Shown in pieces: positions 16,149 to 22,132 of a stretch of 22,132 nucleotides of DNA; positions within the stretch are counted from its first letter, which is position 1; each line of letters begins with the position of its first letter. The stretch spans positions 1-22,132 of the forward strand of contig JBHLRO010000036.1 of assembly GCA_048882505.1 (NCBI GenBank). The letters run 5' to 3'. Below the pieces are notes generated by a model that was not told where the DNA came from, made no database searches, and was given only the letters and a program-made list of their open reading frames with translations. The translations under genes and the position numbers were made by a program. Source of the stretch: Candidatus Thorarchaeota archaeon. GTDB taxonomy: Archaea; Asgardarchaeota; Heimdallarchaeia; Hodarchaeales; Hodarchaeaceae.

Positions 16149-16532
16149 ATGATATCTGCAGTAGATCCCCAAATCACACATATGGGTCTTTTCTTGATCG
16201 CGGGTTTACTCACACCTGTGTTAATCAAGCTTATTCAATATTTATTAGCGCCTAACATCCCTCGTCTACATGCAAGCAAAAATACATACGAATGTGGAGA
16301 AAAGCCAATAGGAGATGCCACCGTTCGTTACAATACTCAGTTTTTTACCTTTGCTATTGTCTTTGTAGTGTTTGACATTTTATCGATACTATTCCTTCTG
16401 TGGGCATACGCCTTTCGTCTCTTTTCGGGATTAGAGTTTATTGCTGCCTTGACCGCAATAGGGTCATTTGCCGGACTTTTACTCATTGGACTCTTTTTTT
16501 GGTTGAAAAAGGGTGTTTTGACCTGGGCGTGA
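16149..16532 (+). CDS. nuoA: Complex I-like oxidoreductase subunit A
   Basis: Three TM helices, YECGE loop, FFTFAIVFVVFD, C-terminal WLKKGVLTW. Confidence 0.93.
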   Translation: MISAVDPQITHMGLFLIAGLLTPVLIKLIQYLLAPNIPRLHASKNTYECGEKPIGDATVRYNTQFFTFAIVFVVFDILSILFLLWAYAFRLFSGLEFIAALTAIGSFAGLLLIGLFFWLKKGVLTWA

Positions 16533-16536
16533 TAAG

Positions 16537-17208
16537 ATGTCAAAGCTTGGACGATTTAGAACCCTTGTCAGTCAAACGTTCGGCGGCGCAAAAAATGCAA
16601 CCGAACTGGGAGAAAAACGTACCCATTTTGAACCAATGCCGAACGTAGTACTCACAAATATCCGGAATTTCGTCGGAATAGTGATACACCCTCTTCGTAA
16701 TTGGGCTCAAAGGGCCAGTATATACCCTGTCTTTTTGGGAATGAAGTGCTGTGCCCTGGAAATGGGAGCAGCGGTGGCCTCGCGTTATGATACGGAAAGG
16801 ATAGGTATTTTGCCACGTTTTAGTCCGCGACACTGTGATCTCTTATGGATTAATGGACCAGTCACTGTCAAATTCGCTCCTCGGCTTAGGGATATTTATG
16901 ATCAGATGCCAGCACCAAAATGGGTTTTTGCAACTGGAGAGTGTGCAATATCTGGTGGTCCGTTCTGGCAAGCTCCAACCATTTTAGAAGGTACCGAACT
17001 GGTAATACCAGTTGATGTTTATGTACCTGGGTGTCCCCCACGACCAGAAGCGATGTGGGCGGGGCTATTTAGGCTTCAAGAAAAGATTCGAGCCGATGGT
17101 GTTTATGTTCCTGAACCCCTTAGAGATATCCCGCGGGAATTCTACGAGAGAGAATCTCCCCTCCTTGACCTCCGTTTAAGACAAAAACAGCTTAAGGAGA
17201 CAGAATAA
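16537..17208 (+). CDS. nuoB: Complex I-like subunit B (N2 cluster)
   Basis: Tandem cysteines in GMKCCALEM, RFSPRHCD, QMPAPKWV, GECAISGG, VDVYVPGCPPRPE. Confidence 0.96.
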   Translation: MSKLGRFRTLVSQTFGGAKNATELGEKRTHFEPMPNVVLTNIRNFVGIVIHPLRNWAQRASIYPVFLGMKCCALEMGAAVASRYDTERIGILPRFSPRHCDLLWINGPVTVKFAPRLRDIYDQMPAPKWVFATGECAISGGPFWQAPTILEGTELVIPVDVYVPGCPPRPEAMWAGLFRLQEKIRADGVYVPEPLRDIPREFYERESPLLDLRLRQKQLKETE

Positions 17209-17210
17209 GG

Positions 17211-17735
17211 ATGACAGACGCGGAAGCTCACTTATCAACTTTAAAAAATCAATTCGGAGAGAAACTTCTAGAGGTAGAGGTTTCTGAACCTACTCGCCTT
17301 CGTCTTCGTGTCCAATCAACCGATTTACTTGAAATAATGCGCTTCATTGAGGCAGAAATGGGTTTTACATCACTCGAATCTATCTCAGGCGTTGATTGGG
17401 AAACTTATTTCGAAATTGTATATCATATAGACCGTTGGGATGGAGACCCAACTGTCATCCAAGTTAGTATTCATATCGAAGACCGAGAAAATCCTGTATT
17501 TCCCTCTGTAACTTCGATATGGCGCTCAGCAGATTGGCACGAGCGAGAAGTATTTGATCTCTTCGGTATTAATGTCGATGGGCATCCAAACCTTAGAAGG
17601 TTGTTATTGCCTGAAGAATGGGATGAATACGATCATGTCGATATGACTGCGCTTTATCCCTTCCGTCGGGACTATAAACTTCCCGAAAAACCGTTCCAAT
17701 ACAAACCACGGCCCCCCACAGAGGAGAGTTCGTAA
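17211..17735 (+). CDS. nuoC: Complex I-like subunit C
   Basis: PSVTSIWRSADWHEREVFDLFGI, GHPNLRRLLLPEEW. Confidence 0.95.
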   Translation: MTDAEAHLSTLKNQFGEKLLEVEVSEPTRLRLRVQSTDLLEIMRFIEAEMGFTSLESISGVDWETYFEIVYHIDRWDGDPTVIQVSIHIEDRENPVFPSVTSIWRSADWHEREVFDLFGINVDGHPNLRRLLLPEEWDEYDHVDMTALYPFRRDYKLPEKPFQYKPRPPTEESS

Positions 17736-17737
17736 TC

Positions 17738-18844
17738 ATGGGTGAATTGCAGACACAAACCGACCGTATGTTTATTCATATGGGCCCTCAACATCCTGTT
17801 AACCACGGTCTTTGGACATTGAAGGTCGAAGCGGAAGGGGAGTACTGTGTTGGCGCTGAAGCACTTATTGGCTATATTTTCCGCATGATCGAGAAGATTG
17901 GAGAATCTCGCCCTTATAATGAATTTGTCCCCATCAACGACAGACTTTGTTATGCAGCGAGCATGTCTTGGTCTGGAACCTATGTTATGACCGTCGAGAA
18001 ACTAATGGGAATGGAACTAAACAAACGGATTCAATACATTCGAGTCCTTATGCTTGAATTACAAAGGCTTGCTTCACACTTGATGTGGCTATCGGCATAT
18101 GCCGCTGATTTAGGAGTCCTCACCATGATCTTCATTGCCTTTCGAGATCGAGAATATGTACTAGATCTCTTAGAACATGTGACAGGAGCTCGAATGATGT
18201 ATAATTATTTCCGCCCAGGAGGATTATGGTATGATCTTCCTAAAGGATTTGTCGAAGATACTTACAGCCTTTGTGACTATCTAGAAGCGCGTTTACTAGA
18301 ATATGATGCCATGTTCAAAGATTCTAGTGTGTTTATGTTACGAAGTAAGGGCGTTGGGGTTTTATCCAAGAAAGATGCTTTGAACCTCGGCGCAACTGGA
18401 CCAATGTTGCGAGCATCTGGGGTGAAAGCGGATCTCAGACGAATAGAGCCCTATCTAGTCTATGAAGAGCTTGATTTCAATATTCCCTCATATCCTGAAG
18501 GGGACTGTTACGCGCGGTTTCAGGTTCGTATGGATGAAATGTATGAATCCATCAAAATCATCCGACAAGCTTTAGGTCAAATACCTGCGGAAGGCGAAAT
18601 CTTCCAAAGACCCCTGAGAAAGTTGCCAAAGGGGGACGTTTACTTCCGCACAGCGGATCCTCGAGGAGAATGTGGGTACTATATTGTAGGAAACGAACAC
18701 AAAATCCCATATCGCGTTAAAATCAAATCTCCCGCGTATACCAATCTTGCGATCTGCGAGCATTTACTCCGTGGAGTTAAGGTTGCAGATATTGCCCCCA
18801 TTGTCGCTAGTGTCGACCTGTGCGTTGGAGAAATGGATCGGTAG
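17738..18844 (+). CDS. nuoD: Complex I-like subunit D
   Basis: MGPQHPVNHG, DRLCY, ELQRLASHL, TGARMMYNYFRPGG, GPMLRASG, GDCYAR, PRGE, C-terminal DLCVGEMDR. Confidence 0.96.
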   Translation: MGELQTQTDRMFIHMGPQHPVNHGLWTLKVEAEGEYCVGAEALIGYIFRMIEKIGESRPYNEFVPINDRLCYAASMSWSGTYVMTVEKLMGMELNKRIQYIRVLMLELQRLASHLMWLSAYAADLGVLTMIFIAFRDREYVLDLLEHVTGARMMYNYFRPGGLWYDLPKGFVEDTYSLCDYLEARLLEYDAMFKDSSVFMLRSKGVGVLSKKDALNLGATGPMLRASGVKADLRRIEPYLVYEELDFNIPSYPEGDCYARFQVRMDEMYESIKIIRQALGQIPAEGEIFQRPLRKLPKGDVYFRTADPRGECGYYIVGNEHKIPYRVKIKSPAYTNLAICEHLLRGVKVADIAPIVASVDLCVGEMDR

Positions 18845-18853
18845 GTGGATCAC

Positions 18854-20068
18854 ATGGCGTATGGTATTTACGATGGACTTGTTGACTGGTTGTTAATGCC
18901 GTTGCTAAGGGACCTTGTTCCTGATGCAGACGCAATACGGCCAATAGTAATCGATAGCCTCGAAATGACGTCAATTTTGCTGTTCGTAACAGTAAACACC
19001 ATTTTTTTGATCTGGTTCGAGCGTAAAGTGGTCGCACGAATGATGAACCGCCGTGGCCCGACCTTCATTGATTTCAACTATGGGGCTCCTTTTGGACGAA
19101 CATGGAAGTTTGGTTTGTTACAGAACATTGCTGAGTTCTTAAAATTCTTCAGTAAGGAAGATATAGTCCCCGACAAGGCTGATAAATTTCCTTTTAATGT
19201 GGGATTTTTTGCTTTTGTCGTAGCTCCTCCTTTTATTCTTCCCGCACTTCTTCCTCTTGGAATATTCGGTCCTGGCGCGAATGGAGTCGTCGCTGACCCA
19301 GCAGTAGGATTTCTTTTGATTTCAGCTCTTTTTGCGCTTTATCCCGTGGGAGTCTTAGTAACGGGATGGTCGAGCAATAACAAGTTCTCCCTTTTGGGAG
19401 CATTTAGATCCGCTGCGCAAGTAATTAGTTACGAGATCCCCATGATGCTGGCAATCGGTTCGGTTGTGATGGTAAGTCAATCGTTTTCGCTTCTTGGAAT
19501 TGCTGAATTGCAAACAAGCAATCCATTGGGGCTTCCTTTCATGATATTCATGCCCATAGGTTTTATTGTTTTTCTAGTTGCACTTGCGGCGGAAACAGAG
19601 CGGATACCATTCGATATACCAGAAGCAGAAGCTGAACTTGTAATGGGGTGGCGAACTGAGCTGACTGGTTTCCGATACATGATGAGTATGGCCAGTGAAT
19701 ATTTCATTCTCTTTATCGGGGCCTATATTGGTGTATTTCTGTTTTGGGGGGGATGGTATCTCCCGTTCATTCCTGCTGAGACCATTGTTCAATTTCCTTT
19801 CTTACCCACAATCATTCTCGTTATCAAGTTGTGGCTCTTCATCTTTCTTTATATCTGGGTACGAGCGGCCCTCCCAAGGGTTCGCATTGACCAGCTGTTG
19901 GATATCGGTTGGAAACGACTTATTCCTATGGCAATAATAAACATAGGAGTGATTGTCCTTTCTCAGATCGCATTCGATTTGGATGTCACGATGATGGCAA
20001 TTGTAGGGTTTGCTACTCTATTCGTTTTGTGGGCCATGAGATTTAAGATAGTAGGAGGATCTACCTGA
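18854..20068 (+). CDS. nuoH: Complex I-like subunit H
   Basis: WFERKVVAR, RRGP, GLLQ, SYEIP, AETERIPFDIPEAEAELV, RAALPRVRIDQL, GWK. ATG 18854 preferred over GTG 18845 because AGGTG lies 6 nt upstream. Confidence 0.95.
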   Translation: MAYGIYDGLVDWLLMPLLRDLVPDADAIRPIVIDSLEMTSILLFVTVNTIFLIWFERKVVARMMNRRGPTFIDFNYGAPFGRTWKFGLLQNIAEFLKFFSKEDIVPDKADKFPFNVGFFAFVVAPPFILPALLPLGIFGPGANGVVADPAVGFLLISALFALYPVGVLVTGWSSNNKFSLLGAFRSAAQVISYEIPMMLAIGSVVMVSQSFSLLGIAELQTSNPLGLPFMIFMPIGFIVFLVALAAETERIPFDIPEAEAELVMGWRTELTGFRYMMSMASEYFILFIGAYIGVFLFWGGWYLPFIPAETIVQFPFLPTIILVIKLWLFIFLYIWVRAALPRVRIDQLLDIGWKRLIPMAIINIGVIVLSQIAFDLDVTMMAIVGFATLFVLWAMRFKIVGGST

Positions 20069-20718
20069 TGGTAAACTTTCGAAGAATTCCCAGTATTTTT
20101 GTAACACGACCTCTAGCCTACGTGGGCCGTATGTTTCTTAGAAAACCGATTACACAGCCCGATGGCGATCGACGCAATAAAGACTCAATTTATTATCCAA
20201 AAGAACTCGCCAAAAAAGGCGAAGCACTTGTCGATCGAGATTTATCGCTTCCCATTTTCAAGCATACTCCACATATCTCCCCTAATTTCCGAGGGCTTCT
20301 CTGCTTGGATATCATGAAATGTACGGGGTGCAGGGCTTGTGAGCGTGTATGTCCCAACAAATGCATTGAGATGAAAACTGTAGATCCTCAACCGCTTCAT
20401 TGGGAAAAAAAACGGCCTTTACAATTCCCTATGATGTATACAGGCCGCTGTATGTACTGTAACCTTTGCTCTCAAGCATGTCCTTATGATTGCCTCTTTC
20501 ATACGCCCTTCTTCGATGCCGCCTCCTCTAAAAACGAGGATTTGTACCATGACGAACATGTTCTTTACCAGCTCTATAAGGATGCATTTCCAGAGAGATA
20601 CGAAAAGGAACTTAAAGAATACATTGAGAAATGGGGAAAACCTGTTGAGGAAAATGTGGCTCAACCTGGGGATATCATCTCTGAAGAGGCCCCAGCTGCA
20701 GAGGCTCAGGAAGGATAA
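20068..20718 (+). CDS. nuoI: Complex I-like subunit I (2x[4Fe-4S])
   Basis: FRG, CTGCRACERVCP and CMYCNLCSQACP. Confidence 0.95.
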   Translation: MVNFRRIPSIFVTRPLAYVGRMFLRKPITQPDGDRRNKDSIYYPKELAKKGEALVDRDLSLPIFKHTPHISPNFRGLLCLDIMKCTGCRACERVCPNKCIEMKTVDPQPLHWEKKRPLQFPMMYTGRCMYCNLCSQACPYDCLFHTPFFDAASSKNEDLYHDEHVLYQLYKDAFPERYEKELKEYIEKWGKPVEENVAQPGDIISEEAPAAEAQEG

Positions 20719-20720
20719 TA

Positions 20721-21296
20721 ATGGCTCTGTTACCGGTCGGGTTTTTTGAAACGTTAGAGTTTCTAGTTTTATTCATACTAATTATCTATACGGTGGGAGC
20801 GTCGTTCCTGGCCGTATCGGTAAAGAGTCTTTACCACGCAGTTCTATGGCTGATTTTTACCTTGTTTGGGATTGCCATGATCTTTCTTCTTTACGCAGAA
20901 AGCGCGCTTCTACTTGTTGTTCAGTTAGTAGTTTATGCAGGTGGGATTACGGTGTTGATGCTCTTTGCTATTTCCCTTTCAGGGAAGTTAGCGATGTTTG
21001 AACAGCCTAAAGACTGGAAACTACTGGATCGACGGTTATCCTTTGCCGGGGCGTTCATTCTATTTGTGGTAGCTTATTATATACTAACTCAGGTTAGTAG
21101 TACGTTTTGGGGTCCCCAAGATCTAACTAACAAGCCTGAAGAAGCCGTTTTGATAGAGAATTTGGCCATAAACCTCTTCACGACTTATGGTGGGATTATT
21201 ATTGTGCTAGGGTTACTTTTACTTGCGGCCATGCTCGGAAGTGTCTACTTGGTCAAGAAGGAATTCTCCCAAACCAAGGAGGTTAAAGATCTTTGA
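20721..21296 (+). CDS. nuoJ: Complex I-like subunit J
   Basis: LYHAVLWL, QLVVYAGGITVLMLFAI, C-terminal LLAAMLGSVYL; five TM segments. Confidence 0.93.
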   Translation: MALLPVGFFETLEFLVLFILIIYTVGASFLAVSVKSLYHAVLWLIFTLFGIAMIFLLYAESALLLVVQLVVYAGGITVLMLFAISLSGKLAMFEQPKDWKLLDRRLSFAGAFILFVVAYYILTQVSSTFWGPQDLTNKPEEAVLIENLAINLFTTYGGIIIVLGLLLLAAMLGSVYLVKKEFSQTKEVKDL

Positions 21297-21619
21297 TCTC
21301 GGCCCTATATACTCCGGATGCTTCGGTATTCGTTGGTATTTCAGTGTTATTGTTTCTTATAGGTTTTGCAGGGTTTATCAAGTCACAATCGGCTGTTCGT
21401 ATGCTTATATCGATAGAAATTATGCTAAACTCGGCTAACATTAATTTTGCAATCTTTGCCCTTTACAATGATGCCTCATTCATTACAGGCCAGATTGCAG
21501 TGATAATAAGTATCGCTCTGGCTGCTGCGGAAGCTGCCGTAGGACTGGGTATAATTCTCGCGGTTTACCGCCAACATCAAACGATCGACGCAACGGATTT
21601 CGTGGAATTCAAAGGTTAA
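21293..21619 (+). CDS. nuoK: Complex I-like subunit K
   Basis: IEIMLNSAN and AAAEAAVGL with both conserved glutamates. TTG start overlaps the nuoJ stop. Confidence 0.95.
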   Translation: MISALYTPDASVFVGISVLLFLIGFAGFIKSQSAVRMLISIEIMLNSANINFAIFALYNDASFITGQIAVIISIALAAAEAAVGLGIILAVYRQHQTIDATDFVEFKG

Positions 21620-21634
21620 ATATGGGTGATCTAA

Positions 21635-22132
21635 GTGTCATTAATTCTCGCTCCACTGGCAGTACTCATTCCAGCTATTCCTATTGTGGCCTCGTTTATC
21701 GTTCTGTTTTCGGGAAACAGGGTTGATAAAAAGGCTTTTGGCAATGCAATTGCCCTTGGCGCCATGGGGTTAAGCCTGATTTTAACTCTCTTGGTGTCTG
21801 GAGAGGTTTTACTCCAACTTTTCTCAGGAGTGCATGCGGAGGATCTGGTTCAGAAAACGGTATTTAGATGGTTTGATATCGGATCCATTTCGCTAGAAGT
21901 CGGTGCATTGGTTGACCCCTTGGCAGCCATTGTGGGCCTAATGGTATCTTTTGTAGCGCTATTGGTAGTTATCTACAGCAGAAGTTACATGGCACATGAT
22001 GGATCGCCTCGTTATTATGGTGAGATTCTACTATTTTCTGCCGCAATGTTGGGACTAGTTTTTTCTCCGAATATGATTCAACTTTTCCTTTTTTGGGAAG
22101 TTATGGGAGTCTGTAGTTACTTACTAATCGGA
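21635..22132 (+). CDS. nuoL: Complex I-like antiporter subunit L, 5' part (truncated by window end; not in ORF track)
   Basis: Manual translation from GTG 21635, 5 nt after GGGTGA: MSLILAPLAVLIPAIPIVAS...WFDIGSISLEVGALVDPLA...IYSRSYMAHD...RYY...AMLGLVFSPNMIQLFLFWEVMGVCSYLLIG. The frame is open to the last base. Confidence 0.95.
   Translation, partial: MSLILAPLAVLIPAIPIVASFIVLFSGNRVDKKAFGNAIALGAMGLSLILTLLVSGEVLLQLFSGVHAEDLVQKTVFRWFDIGSISLEVGALVDPLAAIVGLMVSFVALLVVIYSRSYMAHDGSPRYYGEILLFSAAMLGLVFSPNMIQLFLFWEVMGVCSYLLIG

Noticed and set aside
1936-20749. Remaining 60-100 aa ORFs nested in or antisense to the main genes
   Set aside because: All overlap well-supported genes and show no motifs or translation signals.
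21622-21726. ATG immediately after nuoK as the nuoL start
   Set aside because: This frame closes at TGA after 34 codons; the NuoL frame starts at GTG 21635 behind GGGTGA.
16149-22132. Group 4 NiFe hydrogenase interpretation of the operon
   Set aside because: The D subunit lacks both complete CxxC motifs and the B subunit has tandem CC as in complex I.
1-22132. CRISPR arrays, IS elements, rRNA, long tandem repeats
   Set aside because: None seen on reading; almost all of the window is explained by coding genes.

Overview
Archaeal chromosomal window, most likely from an Asgard archaeon. This is inferred from archaeal-type tRNAs (TTCAAAT T-loops), GGAGG/GGTGA Shine-Dalgarno (SD) sites, a translin/Trax gene, a Rab-like GTPase and a split GcvPA/PB. 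Left to right it holds: tRNA-Val(TAC) and tRNA-Leu(TAG); translin/Trax nuclease; gcvPB and gcvPA; a sequon-rich membrane-anchored surface protein; a Rab-like small GTPase; queD; a 41-aa membrane microprotein missed by the ORF track; a non-canonical GcvH/LbpA-like lipoyl carrier; a small hypothetical protein divergent from a THUMP-less ThiI; a minus-strand five-gene unit (TPR protein, M24 peptidase, MFS transporter, extended SDR, ATP-NAD/AcoX-type kinase); a winged-helix protein; a B12-binding radical SAM enzyme; and the start of a complex I-like operon (nuoABCDHIJKL, no nuoEFG between D and H, nuoL cut by the window end). No CRISPR array, transposase or long repeat was seen. The most interesting observations are strong SD sites pointing at in-frame near-cognate start codons (ACG, ATT, possibly ATA), the microprotein, the catalytic-domain-only ThiI, and a NuoD that keeps two hydrogenase-relic cysteines alongside quinone-site residues. 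All family assignments come from motif recognition by eye; no searches were run.
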